Below, one piece after another: positions 1 to 10,194 of a stretch of 64,000 nt of DNA. Under the pieces are notes generated by a model. That model searched no databases and had not been told where the DNA came from. It saw only the letters and a program-made list of their open reading frames with translations. The stretch comes from a virus (lineage: Duplodnaviria > Caudoviricetes): the IMG/VR virus record IMGVR_UViG_3300018494_000083. The stretch is one strand, 5' to 3'. Positions within the stretch are counted from its first letter, which is position 1. Every line of letters starts with the position of its first letter. A program made the translations under genes and the position numbers.

Positions 1-157
1 CATCTTGGGTTTGATACAAACATTGTCATGCTTGTGGATCTTGATGTACTGATCCTCGGTAAGGTCAATACCCCTGATGAGATCCTCGTAAGCGAATCTC
101 ATTTCACCTTCAGATACAGTTACTTTAGCGTCGAGTTCAAATTTAATAGACATAGCG

Positions 158-1486
158 TCATTCTCCTTTCACTCTATTATAAAACGACACCAGAGCCTTG
201 TAAATAACCATTTCATTGGTTACTTCATCAGACTGAGGGTCGAATTTTTCCTTATAACACTCAATGATCTCATTGAGACAAACAAGAAATACATTCTTGG
301 TTGCGGGATGAATATGGCTCCAGAAATCAACAGCAGTATCGATAAGAGGATCATCGGTTGCTTCCATGGTTGCCAATACATACTCAACGAACTGATTTTC
401 ATCAATAATGAGATGCGATCTGTGAGAAGCCCACTGACAATGGAATCTCTTCATGATTCTACGGTTCTCCTCACAGTTGAGATCGCTGTAGAATCTATCC
501 TTGAGGATATTGATATTGGTTCTCATAATATCACGAGTCTCTTCGTCGATAACCCTCGTACAGGGAGTAGTAACGAAATCTTTTGCAATATCTGCAAGTG
601 TGAGAACGTGAAGAATATGAGGATTCTCAACTTCGCAAAGGTAGCAAAGTTTATCGAGACAACAAGGAGGAAATTCGTTGTTGTATTCAATATCACCGCA
701 AACGGATGCCGGAGTATTTACAATACCAAGGAAGTGATATGCAGTTCCATCAGGTCTGCAATACACTCTGCTCAGATATGTATCAACATCGATGAAATAA
801 AGAATGTTCTCTTCATCGGGTTCATACTTGATGAATCTGATTTTGTCATGAGGCTTATGAATCTCGGTAGTCTCGGTGAGTTTCTTCTTAGCCTTCTTAT
901 CAGTATTCTTCATGTTGTCGGCATACTTCTTCTTGTCGATGTTATTATTAAAGTCATCCTTAGCAAGTTTATCCTTGAGATCGTTCTTATTGTTGGTATT
1001 ATCATGGATCTTCTTCGCAGAAGGTCTTCTGATATCCTTGGGGATCTTCTTGTTCTCATCTTCCTTTGCCATGGTACAAGGCTCGAGACCGTGGATGTAG
1101 TTATCGTAAATGGTGGTGATGCTCTTGGTAAGATAACCGGTATAGATTGCATGCATTGTATCCCAAATACTGAATCTGGAAAGGAACATCTGTCGAGGAT
1201 CGATAGTGAGAAAAGCACCAGTAGCAGTAAGGAATTCAGGACTGAGAATGCCATGAATTGCCTGACACATATACTCGTATACATCGATGTCATCTGCACT
1301 GATGTTCTCATTAGAACGAATGATATGACCACGGAGAATAGTTGCAAGTTCCTTCTCCATCACATCAACAGTCTCAACGAGTTCCAATTCATCGGCGTTA
1401 TCCGTAGGCTTTACGTTACCAAGGTGATTCTTGTATACCTTATTAGCGGCACAAATAGTAAAGATGGATTCGATCATAGTTTTCAA
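158..1486 (-). CDS. hypothetical protein (442 aa) with Lys/Asp/Asn-rich central linker
   Basis: Long ORF with AAGGAG RBS, co-oriented with neighbours; no recognisable motif. Confidence 0.8.
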   Translation of the reverse strand: MKTMIESIFTICAANKVYKNHLGNVKPTDNADELELVETVDVMEKELATILRGHIIRSNENISADDIDVYEYMCQAIHGILSPEFLTATGAFLTIDPRQMFLSRFSIWDTMHAIYTGYLTKSITTIYDNYIHGLEPCTMAKEDENKKIPKDIRRPSAKKIHDNTNNKNDLKDKLAKDDFNNNIDKKKYADNMKNTDKKAKKKLTETTEIHKPHDKIRFIKYEPDEENILYFIDVDTYLSRVYCRPDGTAYHFLGIVNTPASVCGDIEYNNEFPPCCLDKLCYLCEVENPHILHVLTLADIAKDFVTTPCTRVIDEETRDIMRTNINILKDRFYSDLNCEENRRIMKRFHCQWASHRSHLIIDENQFVEYVLATMEATDDPLIDTAVDFWSHIHPATKNVFLVCLNEIIECYKEKFDPQSDEVTNEMVIYKALVSFYNRVKGE

Positions 1487-1491
1487 ACTCC

Positions 1492-1809
1492 TTAATTGAA
1501 ATAATTATTTTTATCATCATCCGATACAAATCCAGAAGTGTTCTCTTCTTTATATGGGATTCCATATCGGAGATTCCAGAGTCTAACACATTCTTCAATC
1601 GATGAATGTGTGACTTGTCTACCACACTTGCATTTAAGAGTGTAGTTGAACATGCGACTAACAGTAGGTTTGTTAGCCTCATTGAAACAAGATACCTTAG
1701 GCTTCTCACAGCATAAACTACAAGGTTTAACAGTGGAAGCCTTTGCAAGTATCATTGTATTATTCACTCCACCTGGAGCATTCATTTTTGGTCTTCTTGG
1801 TACTTTCAT
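1492..1809 (-). CDS. Lar-like (restriction alleviation family) small Zn-binding protein
   Basis: KPCSLC...KCKCG...EECVRLWNLR matches the Lar-family pattern KPCPFCG..C..CG..EAI..WN.R. Confidence 0.55.
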   Translation of the reverse strand: MKVPRRPKMNAPGGVNNTMILAKASTVKPCSLCCEKPKVSCFNEANKPTVSRMFNYTLKCKCGRQVTHSSIEECVRLWNLRYGIPYKEENTSGFVSDDDKNNYFN

Positions 1810-4538
1810 TCTAACCTCTCGATATAAATAACATCGCTATCATCGCCATTGATATTAGCTCCAGGGAATGCAATCACACCTACATCATATCCGGAATAGA
1901 ACTCGTAGTTATGAGAGATCATAAACAACTGCTCGATACCAGAACGACGAATCTGGGTAGCCAAGATCTGAATGAACTTACTCTTGGCTTGATGTGCAAA
2001 TCCACGGTCAACCTCATCAAGGCAGACGATTGTATAACTATTAACGATCTCTTCGATAATAGCCAAGGTTAGACAAAGCGAAATGAATGAACGCTCAGAA
2101 GAGCTACTGTAGGATACATCAAGTCCTCGGTCTCCATTCTTCTTATATGGAATAATGAAGTCCTTAGAGTTGATGACAAACTCTTCGAGATAGAGGTTTC
2201 CATTAAACGCACTACTCAAGAGAGTATTTGCATTTGTACGGACACTATCCATGAAGAACTCAAGAGCACCAACAGGAATACCATCATCCTTAACAGACAA
2301 TGCTGCACGGACGATTTCACAGTTAACCATATCGGCTTCTACAGATGCTAACTCAACCTTGTTATCCTTAATCTTAAGAAGCTCCATTTTATAGAGCTCT
2401 CTGGTTCTGGTTAACGGATCGAGTTCATCATCAATCTCTTTGAGTTTCTCTTCTTTCTCGGATATGAGTTCAAGGAATTCTCTCATATCTTCCATTTGAG
2501 AACTGATAGCTTTCAGCTCTTCATCTTGTTTAACGATCTGTTCGTAAAGCGAATCATACTCAGATCGTTTGTTATAGAAGTCTCCCAAGGCATCAATAAT
2601 ACCCTTAACGAAGTCTATCCTATCGGAAATAGACTCAATTTCACTCTCCTTCGACTCGATGTTAGAGGAAACGAGATCTTTCTCTTCAGATAGTCTCGAG
2701 AGATCTTCTTTTGTAGTTTCGATAAACTTACCCTTAGTTTCAAGCAATTCAATCTCGTGATTTACTTTAGGAAGTTCGATATTCTCAAGAGTTGCAAGTT
2801 CTTCCTTTGACTCAAGAATTGCAATAAACTCATCAAAGTCATCACAATTGTCAAGGTTAGAACCATTCTTGGAAATCGCTTTCTTTATAGCTTCAAGAGT
2901 TGAATACTTTTCATGATAGGGAAGCTTCTTAATTACGCTGATATTGGTATTGATATACTGCATAAGCTGTCCAAGACGATTCTTGATCTCTTCGATCTGT
3001 TCGGCTTTGGAAATCTTATCTTCTATCTGAACCAATGCTTTTTCGATCTCATCCAGTCTGGAAGTATATTCAGGAATCTTCTCCTGGAACTTCTTGAGTC
3101 TGAATGCTGTTGCGATAAAGGGACAGGAATCAATCTTACAATTCTCAGGTCTCTTACCGAGGATATTATCAGAGTCGGTATCGGAATCGATTGTAGCTAA
3201 CTTAGAATAAATATCAGATCTTTCATCCATTAACTCTCTTCTCTTGACAAGTAACTCATCGTGTTTATAATCACGATACTCATCATTACATACAACCATG
3301 ACTAAGTCATAATAGTATCCGCCGAAAGAGTCGACAAAAGTTCTTACATTCTTGACTATCTCATATCCCAATAACAGATTCTCTTTAGTCAGACCAGGAT
3401 CAATATCCTGCATACTTTCTCGGAGACTCTTAATCTGTCTCTGGTATCCTTTACGAATCTCGATTAACTCTCCAAGTGAATGGCTAGTCTCAAGGTCCGC
3501 AATAGAATTCTTCTTAGACTCAATTTGTTGAGTCAAGAGATTTCTTCTTAAACGAAGTTCAGTAACTGAGTTATTCAAAGACATCAGTTGTACTTCGTAT
3601 CCCTTTCCTTGTTCACCAAGCTCAGCAATCAGAGTATTGATTTTCTCTGCTGTTGAATCTCTTGTAAGGAACTTGGAAAGATTATAATCATCGAATATGG
3701 ATTCGATCTTATCTTGAATCTTCTGAATATCGTCGTAGTTCTTACGAATTGCCTTCATAAGTTCCTTATTCTTATCCTCAATTCCAGTTTCTTTAATAAC
3801 CTGGATTCTGGTTCGATATTCAGATATTTTCTGCATGCACTTATCTCGTTTAGCTACGAGCTTGTTGATCTTCTCGGTTACGATCTTTAACTCTCTGTTT
3901 AGAGTTTCTTCATCATGCATTTTACCGATAGACTCTACTAGGAGATTGATTCTCATCTTTAACTCTTTGTATTGCTTATCGACAATTGCATAGTAACCAC
4001 TGTAGATATCATCCGGTAAGAAAGTAGACATATTCAACTTTCTTTCAGTTGATGTCATATCAACATGACCTTTACAAACATCGTTCTGATTAGCGAGCTT
4101 AAGAATTGCATCAGATATTCCGAGTTCTTCCTGAACTACTTCTTTGTAAGATGTAATATTACCATTCTCATTAAGTTCGGTCTCTTCTCCATTAGGTTCG
4201 ATCTTTGTCACGAATCCTTTTGTATTATGACCTGTCTTAGAAGGTGAATAGACTATCTTACATTCGAAACGGCATCCGTCAGATCTGTCATAAACAGTCT
4301 TCTTGATTCCTTCCTTTCCTTCAAGGATAAACTTATTACGACCATCAGTTGTACCAGGAAGACAATGAAGCACACTCATAAATGTAGATTTACCAGTTGC
4401 ATTGTCTCCGATGATCAAGACGATGTTCTTATCCTTAAATTTCTTGAAGTTGACCTCCAACTCTTTACGACCAAGACCAGTTTGAATACCTATAAAGTTT
4501 CTTAAGTATATTGATCTTAATCGAACGCTGTATGCCAT
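1806..4538 (-). CDS. sbcC: SbcC/Rad50-like SMC ATPase
   Basis: Walker A GDNATGKST, long coiled coils, central CKIDSCPF hook-like motif, Walker B CLDEVD, C-terminal ISH. Confidence 0.9.
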   Translation of the reverse strand: MAYSVRLRSIYLRNFIGIQTGLGRKELEVNFKKFKDKNIVLIIGDNATGKSTFMSVLHCLPGTTDGRNKFILEGKEGIKKTVYDRSDGCRFECKIVYSPSKTGHNTKGFVTKIEPNGEETELNENGNITSYKEVVQEELGISDAILKLANQNDVCKGHVDMTSTERKLNMSTFLPDDIYSGYYAIVDKQYKELKMRINLLVESIGKMHDEETLNRELKIVTEKINKLVAKRDKCMQKISEYRTRIQVIKETGIEDKNKELMKAIRKNYDDIQKIQDKIESIFDDYNLSKFLTRDSTAEKINTLIAELGEQGKGYEVQLMSLNNSVTELRLRRNLLTQQIESKKNSIADLETSHSLGELIEIRKGYQRQIKSLRESMQDIDPGLTKENLLLGYEIVKNVRTFVDSFGGYYYDLVMVVCNDEYRDYKHDELLVKRRELMDERSDIYSKLATIDSDTDSDNILGKRPENCKIDSCPFIATAFRLKKFQEKIPEYTSRLDEIEKALVQIEDKISKAEQIEEIKNRLGQLMQYINTNISVIKKLPYHEKYSTLEAIKKAISKNGSNLDNCDDFDEFIAILESKEELATLENIELPKVNHEIELLETKGKFIETTKEDLSRLSEEKDLVSSNIESKESEIESISDRIDFVKGIIDALGDFYNKRSEYDSLYEQIVKQDEELKAISSQMEDMREFLELISEKEEKLKEIDDELDPLTRTRELYKMELLKIKDNKVELASVEADMVNCEIVRAALSVKDDGIPVGALEFFMDSVRTNANTLLSSAFNGNLYLEEFVINSKDFIIPYKKNGDRGLDVSYSSSSERSFISLCLTLAIIEEIVNSYTIVCLDEVDRGFAHQAKSKFIQILATQIRRSGIEQLFMISHNYEFYSGYDVGVIAFPGANINGDDSDVIYIERLE

Positions 4539-4539
4539 A

Positions 4540-4935
4540 TTAGTCCTCGCTAGGTTTCAATTCGGGTTCGGGAGGTTTCTTACAACATCCCTGGGGATTT
4601 TGACAATCCATTTCGCAGTCACGATTAAAATCGCAATCTGTGCACTTCTCAGTGTCATCGAATAGTGACAACTGGTCGGGATTATTGGTTATATCTTTCA
4701 TATCAAATTCGGAGATATAGTCCTCAATCTCAATGCAATCTTCATCTTCGAAACAAACTGCACTTTCGTGAGGAACATTGCTGACATAGATTATCGGATA
4801 TGCTCCGTTAACTACGACAGACATCTCGTTTGGGAGATAGTTTAAAATACTCTTGAGTTCACCAACAGTAAGTCCATCAGTGCAGTCAATTTTCTCAAGT
4901 GTACAATCACCATTTGCATACTTTTCTTTCTGCAT
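4540..4935 (-). CDS. hypothetical acidic, Cys-rich protein
   Basis: ORF tightly packed in operon with GAGG RBS. Confidence 0.7.
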   Translation of the reverse strand: MQKEKYANGDCTLEKIDCTDGLTVGELKSILNYLPNEMSVVVNGAYPIIYVSNVPHESAVCFEDEDCIEIEDYISEFDMKDITNNPDQLSLFDDTEKCTDCDFNRDCEMDCQNPQGCCKKPPEPELKPSED

Positions 4936-4938
4936 GGG

Positions 4939-5640
4939 TTATACCTCTCTTTCGATGGTTTTGAAAGTATATTTCTCTGCGTTATCAAAGTCCAAAGCCT
5001 GATCATCGAATACACAGTAAACTGTGCTATAATCAGGAGACATCGGATTGGGACAACCATACTTATCCCAGATAATAATACCTGCATTCAAATCGAATAC
5101 ATCGGCGAATCTGGAGAGCATATCCATCTTCAATGTATTACCATGAGTCAGTGCACGACGACCATTGTTCTTAGTTGCCATATCACTGAACTTGTGACCG
5201 TACTGATTGAAGTTGATATTCTTCTGACCGATTGCATACTTCATTGCTGCAAGTGCAATATCATCAGTCTGACGAAGAGCAGGTTTGAAAACGTCTCCGT
5301 CTGTAATAACCTCTGTCTCGATAACAGGGTCGATAACCATATCATTCAGGTTTCTGAAGATACAGTCAGGTGTGAGCTGAATGATTCTATCTTTATGGAA
5401 GATCATTCTTTCTTCATCATTTCTGGGACGAACGGGGAATGCACGACCCTTGATGAGATAAATTCCTACTTGGACAGCTTCGTCCAGGCTATCTACCTCT
5501 CCACGATAGGGATAGACATAGTCATTATATTGACTAAGGAGGTAGGCATAACCTTGTTTCAGCTTGTCTTGATAAAACTTCTTTTGGACTACTCTGTAGG
5601 TTTCGTCCCGAAGTTTGAATATCATCGGCGTAGCCATCAA
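4939..5640 (-). CDS. hypothetical protein
   Basis: ORF in operon with GGAG RBS. Confidence 0.8.
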   Translation of the reverse strand: MMATPMIFKLRDETYRVVQKKFYQDKLKQGYAYLLSQYNDYVYPYRGEVDSLDEAVQVGIYLIKGRAFPVRPRNDEERMIFHKDRIIQLTPDCIFRNLNDMVIDPVIETEVITDGDVFKPALRQTDDIALAAMKYAIGQKNINFNQYGHKFSDMATKNNGRRALTHGNTLKMDMLSRFADVFDLNAGIIIWDKYGCPNPMSPDYSTVYCVFDDQALDFDNAEKYTFKTIEREV

Positions 5641-5649
5641 TGTTTCTCC

Positions 5650-6417
5650 TTACCATTTAGGTTTATTATTCTTATTGTCGACCTTGATAATCTCGGTCGG
5701 GTTTTCTATATCGATTAGACTACCCATGACGCTGATCTTGCTGAATGAAGGTGAGCGAACTGTATCATCAATATCGATATTCTGGTTTACTTTGTCTCGG
5801 CGGAAGTCAATCTGGTTATGACCAAGAGGACCTGTGCCGATATAGTTCACAAGTTGCATCGTGAACTGTGTGAAGTTAAGTTCTCTGAGTCGGTAATATA
5901 AACAGAGAAAATCTTGTACAGAAATGTAAGCCTCAGATCCTTCAGCTATGATCTGCATCTTTACCGAAGAGTCAGACTCATTGAAGATCGGTGTAAACAA
6001 AAGTGTCTGAACACCAACGACGACTTTGATAGTACCAGCCAGTTCACTTCTGATATGAGTACCAGTAGCATTTACTGTCAGGATATCTATTTCTCCATCA
6101 TCATATGCTTCAAAAGCCTGAGCTATCTTTGTGAGCTTTCGTACAATTCTCTGTTTGAATACCTCGGTTACATATATAACGACTTTAGCACCTTCTGAAT
6201 TTGGATGACAAAGTACCCATTCCAAATATGGTCTCGGTGCCAAGTTAATCGAGATTTTGTTTTTCTGTAAGATAAATTCTTGGTGGTAGAATTGCTCATC
6301 TTGGTTTTTATCCTTGGTGTACAATTTCACCTTGAACTTTACAGACAAACCTTTACGAGTTAATATCGAGTAAATTACCGTAGTAATATCTTCTCGATCA
6401 ATTCGTGTCATTTGCAT
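5650..6417 (-). CDS. hypothetical protein
   Basis: Start moved to ATG at 6417 after AAAGGGGAG RBS; early-type promoter motif at 6450-6459. Confidence 0.75.
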   Translation of the reverse strand: MQMTRIDREDITTVIYSILTRKGLSVKFKVKLYTKDKNQDEQFYHQEFILQKNKISINLAPRPYLEWVLCHPNSEGAKVVIYVTEVFKQRIVRKLTKIAQAFEAYDDGEIDILTVNATGTHIRSELAGTIKVVVGVQTLLFTPIFNESDSSVKMQIIAEGSEAYISVQDFLCLYYRLRELNFTQFTMQLVNYIGTGPLGHNQIDFRRDKVNQNIDIDDTVRSPSFSKISVMGSLIDIENPTEIIKVDNKNNKPKW

Positions 6418-6462
6418 ATTGCTCTCCCCTTTCATAGATTCTCATAAGTATGATGTATAAAT

Positions 6463-8049
6463 TTATTTATCCTTATTCTTATTGCGATGCATCACTATAT
6501 AACCATCTTTATTGACGGTTCGCCCCTCGGCGTCATAGCGAAAACCTTGTTTGAAGAAGGTATACATCATATGCAAATCTTGATCGGAGATCAAATGAAT
6601 CAGGATCTTTCCATCCTTTGCTTTTCTGATAAGAAAAGGCTCTCTCTTCTCATAATGCTCACGGGCTACTTTATGGTTAATATTAACCAACTCACAATAA
6701 ATACCTTTGCGATTCTTCTGAGCACGAATACGTCCAGAAATCTGATCTGCCAATACTTCAGATGCATAGGTAATTGTATTAATAGTAAGCTGATGGTTCT
6801 CAAACTCAGAACCAGTACCCATGGATTTGATAGTCGAGAAAACGATATCTCGATCCAGTTCTTTATTCTTATCTTTACCAGATCCAACAAATAGACCTGT
6901 GGTAAGATAAGGGAATACACTATTGGTATATTTCTGAAGCTGTTCTGCAAACTCAACCGTTATACAGATTACGAGAACTTTGCCTCCTCGCCTTCGTAGC
7001 TTCAATAAATAGAATAGCGCAAATGTGTAAGCCTCAAGGAACTCTTCTCGAGCTCCATCAGGATCTAACAGATACTCTCCATACTTAGCAAGAGAAGGTC
7101 CATATCTTGTCTTGATATCTTTCAGTTGCTTCTCAGTAGGAGTAGATTTAAACTGTAGAATCAGAGGTCTCATATGCTTCTGTTCTTTGGATATGAGTTT
7201 CTTACCATATCTCATTACATCTCTAAAGATGCGATTATAGATAATTCGTTCGGTCTTTTCCGAGCGGCTTGGAGAAGAACTCATGTAATAAGTCTTCTCT
7301 ACATTGGTAAAGCAGTCAATATTGACAACTGTGTTAAAGTCCATATGAGCCTCGTCTACAGCCTTGATATTAACATTCATTGCATCTACCAACTTAGTTA
7401 CCATGTCCCAACGATTCTCATACTTTCTTACGAAAGCAAGTATTGTTGATCTGGGAACTACGAAGACTTTGATATGCTTATATTTACCAGAGATGATGTC
7501 TGCACACATTTCACTTCCTTGAACATGAAGGAACTCAGTTCGGTTAAGAGAAGTGAAGTTTGATACAGCTTCAATCCACTGGTTTACAATCTTTGTGATT
7601 GCGGGTGTGAATACAACCATACGAGACTTAAAGTAACACATGGTTGCAATCATTATGTATGTCTTACCGAGACCTGTGTCAAGATCTACATACAACTGGG
7701 TCTTTTTCTTTGTAAATGAATAAGGTTCCACACCGAGCATGAATGCAAGAACGTGTTCCTGGATATAATCTCGAGGTGAATTTTCGAGCTTGATATTTAT
7801 CTGATCATTCGGCTCGATATCAACATCTCGGAAATAATGATCAGGAAAAGCACTCGCAAGATTCTCTTCAGGATATCCTCTTGGAATCCTAAGCTCTTTC
7901 TTTTCTTCGTCAAAGAAGTAACCGAGTTCGATTCGTTTAAAATAAACAGGATCCCACTTAGATAGTTCATTGACGATAGTATAAGGAACCTTCCATACCC
8001 CAGTGATCAGATAATAACTTGGATATTTATAGATTACTTTTTCTGCCAT
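6463..8049 (-). CDS. superfamily 2 (UvsW-like) DNA helicase
   Basis: Motif I DTGLGKT, motif II DEAH, motif III-like SSSP, motif VI QISGRIR. Confidence 0.85.
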   Translation of the reverse strand: MAEKVIYKYPSYYLITGVWKVPYTIVNELSKWDPVYFKRIELGYFFDEEKKELRIPRGYPEENLASAFPDHYFRDVDIEPNDQINIKLENSPRDYIQEHVLAFMLGVEPYSFTKKKTQLYVDLDTGLGKTYIMIATMCYFKSRMVVFTPAITKIVNQWIEAVSNFTSLNRTEFLHVQGSEMCADIISGKYKHIKVFVVPRSTILAFVRKYENRWDMVTKLVDAMNVNIKAVDEAHMDFNTVVNIDCFTNVEKTYYMSSSPSRSEKTERIIYNRIFRDVMRYGKKLISKEQKHMRPLILQFKSTPTEKQLKDIKTRYGPSLAKYGEYLLDPDGAREEFLEAYTFALFYLLKLRRRGGKVLVICITVEFAEQLQKYTNSVFPYLTTGLFVGSGKDKNKELDRDIVFSTIKSMGTGSEFENHQLTINTITYASEVLADQISGRIRAQKNRKGIYCELVNINHKVAREHYEKREPFLIRKAKDGKILIHLISDQDLHMMYTFFKQGFRYDAEGRTVNKDGYIVMHRNKNKDK

Positions 8050-8050
8050 A

Positions 8051-8755
8051 TTACCAGGACCTTCCGTGTTTCCATTTCACAAGAGAGAATTCTACGAAGC
8101 CTTGCTTACCGTCAGGTGTAACCTCACTCTTATTTATGATAACAAAGGTATGATTGTAAACCTTTGTCAAATAAAGCTCAGCCAATTTGTCAAGAGTCTG
8201 AGTTGTAATCTTGCCGGTACTTCTTATACGACCATGGATATAATCCCTACATTCTGCATTCAAACGCTCAGGATATACCTTAAAACCATCCATATCAGTT
8301 GCAGAGATTTTGATCTCTGATCTAGGTTGTGAATTGTCGTTAATCTTAACTTCGATTCTGAATACATCATGACGTTCCTTTGGTAATACATCTAAAAATC
8401 CCATTTTCTGATTCTCCTTATTTCCTTTTTTACTTGGGGTTACTGTATAGGTGAAAGTTATATAGATATGGTTTGCTTCTGAGCATTGATCATATACATC
8501 GTATTTGTATTCATTGAATACACGTATAATATCTTTTTCAATCTCTGCTTGTGTCTGTCTATTTATTTCTCTATAGAAATACTTAGATGTGATAAGCCTC
8601 TCAAGATCTTTTTGGATCCTGAGAAATGCCGAATAATTTTCAGAGCTCTTTAATTCAGCCTCTGTCATAATAGTAATCATATCAGGATAGAACGGTGTAA
8701 AAGTACAATTACCTTTTATGAGATCATACTGAATATTGATTCGTTTAATTACCAT
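8051..8755 (-). CDS. hypothetical protein
   Basis: ORF in operon. Confidence 0.7.
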   Translation of the reverse strand: MVIKRINIQYDLIKGNCTFTPFYPDMITIMTEAELKSSENYSAFLRIQKDLERLITSKYFYREINRQTQAEIEKDIIRVFNEYKYDVYDQCSEANHIYITFTYTVTPSKKGNKENQKMGFLDVLPKERHDVFRIEVKINDNSQPRSEIKISATDMDGFKVYPERLNAECRDYIHGRIRSTGKITTQTLDKLAELYLTKVYNHTFVIINKSEVTPDGKQGFVEFSLVKWKHGRSW

Positions 8756-9575
8756 GATTTATACCTTTCTCTTTCAATCTCTTAGCATGCATCTCCGCAA
8801 TGATTTCATCCATGGTTTTAGTACGGATGAAAATATCATGATCTTTAAAAGTGATCACAAGTTCAAGAATATTAAGTCCATCCAACAGAATCAATTTGTC
8901 AGCAAGGTCATTGACGGTTTTCTGTTTACCTGCCTTACCGAACTCATCTAACCACACATGAACAGTGGTCTTCGATTCTTTGGATGCAAACCAATATTTA
9001 ATTTCCTCAATATGGAAATGAATATTATAATCGGTAATATCGATCGTACCGATATTTTTCATAAAGAAATCTGACAGATAATCTCTGTAATAAGCCTGTG
9101 CTCTGAGAAATCTTTCAATTTCCATTGGTTTCCGTTCTTCCTCTTTCTGGATATCATAACGGACTCTCATCAGAATCTTTCCGAGTGTATTCTTACCTTT
9201 GGTATAGCGGCATCTGCTACATTTGCAGTCGCCCCAATAATTATCATGCCAGGTATTTCCCTCAATAAGATCTTCGTTTCCGGTATTCAATAACCATTCA
9301 CGAAGTTGAGGATCTCTGAATTTGGCTCGGACAATACTTAGCATTAGACCGAGTTTCTTTTCTTCCCAGTCTCTAGGAAGTCTTACTGATCTGCCTATCC
9401 GTTTAGCCTCATCTGGGCTTGATTTAGCAAGTAATCTTATCTTGCTAGGATCCTGTAACTTCTGTAATTGGAACGCCGATTCAGCACAACTGAATACTAT
9501 TCCATTATACATGAAGTCTTTGGTGTAGTAGTTGCTTAGGTAATAATACTTACCTTTAAATTCAGAAATAGCCAC
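8745..9575 (-). CDS. NADAR (YbiA-like) domain protein with C-terminal extension
   Basis: LSNYY, AESAFQ, AKRIGR, AKF, LLNTG, EGNTWHDNYWG, NTLGKILMRVR. Confidence 0.85.
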   Translation of the reverse strand: MAISEFKGKYYYLSNYYTKDFMYNGIVFSCAESAFQLQKLQDPSKIRLLAKSSPDEAKRIGRSVRLPRDWEEKKLGLMLSIVRAKFRDPQLREWLLNTGNEDLIEGNTWHDNYWGDCKCSRCRYTKGKNTLGKILMRVRYDIQKEEERKPMEIERFLRAQAYYRDYLSDFFMKNIGTIDITDYNIHFHIEEIKYWFASKESKTTVHVWLDEFGKAGKQKTVNDLADKLILLDGLNILELVITFKDHDIFIRTKTMDEIIAEMHAKRLKEKGINHGN

Positions 9576-9697
9576 AATAACACCCTCCCTTTCTATATTA
9601 AAAAGTTAATAAATTAATAGAAACTTATACGATTAGTTTCTTTATTTCTTTCTTATAGTGCATAGTTTTCTTTTGGTTTGTTTATAGACGACAAAAT

Positions 9698-9736
9698 AGG
9701 ATAGTAGACTCTCGTCTACTATCCCTTTTATTTTTT
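9698..9736. terminator. intrinsic terminator hairpin
   Basis: gatagtagac-tctc-gtctactatc stem with flanking A/T tracts. Confidence 0.65.
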
Positions 9737-10194
9737 TAAATGAAAGTATTGTTCTTAAGACAGTGATGATAGAGCTCAAGGATATACTTGTACTCTTCTT
9801 CAAAAACACCATTGGTAGTATCTGTCTTGTTCAAAAGATCTGTGTATTTGGCTTCAAGGCTGATAATGTGGTCAAACTCTTCTTTTGAATGCTTGGTTCC
9901 ACAACGACAACTATTAGCAAATCCAAGAATCTCCCAGCGGATTCTGTCCATTTCGTTATTGTCGACTGTCCGTTCGAGTTCTTCGACTTTCTCTTTGGTT
10001 GCTTTTGCATCAGCTTTAATTGTGTCGATTTCGGTTTTCAGTTCTGCATTGAAATGTTTTCCTAACCATTTTAAGATCGCTTTGATCGGGTTGAATTTAA
10101 TTGGTGTGATATCAATGATAGCCAGTATAACAGTGACTACTACTGTAATATTATCGAGACACCACGCCCAAATATTGCTCATGACCTCTCCCAT
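9736..10194 (-). CDS. putative holin-like membrane protein of Firmicutes-phage type
   Basis: N-terminal hydrophobic segment, IDITPIKFNP, RWEILGFANSC..HSKEEFDHII pattern seen in lysis-region proteins of Clostridia phages. Confidence 0.5.
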   Translation of the reverse strand: MGEVMSNIWAWCLDNITVVVTVILAIIDITPIKFNPIKAILKWLGKHFNAELKTEIDTIKADAKATKEKVEELERTVDNNEMDRIRWEILGFANSCRCGTKHSKEEFDHIISLEAKYTDLLNKTDTTNGVFEEEYKYILELYHHCLKNNTFI

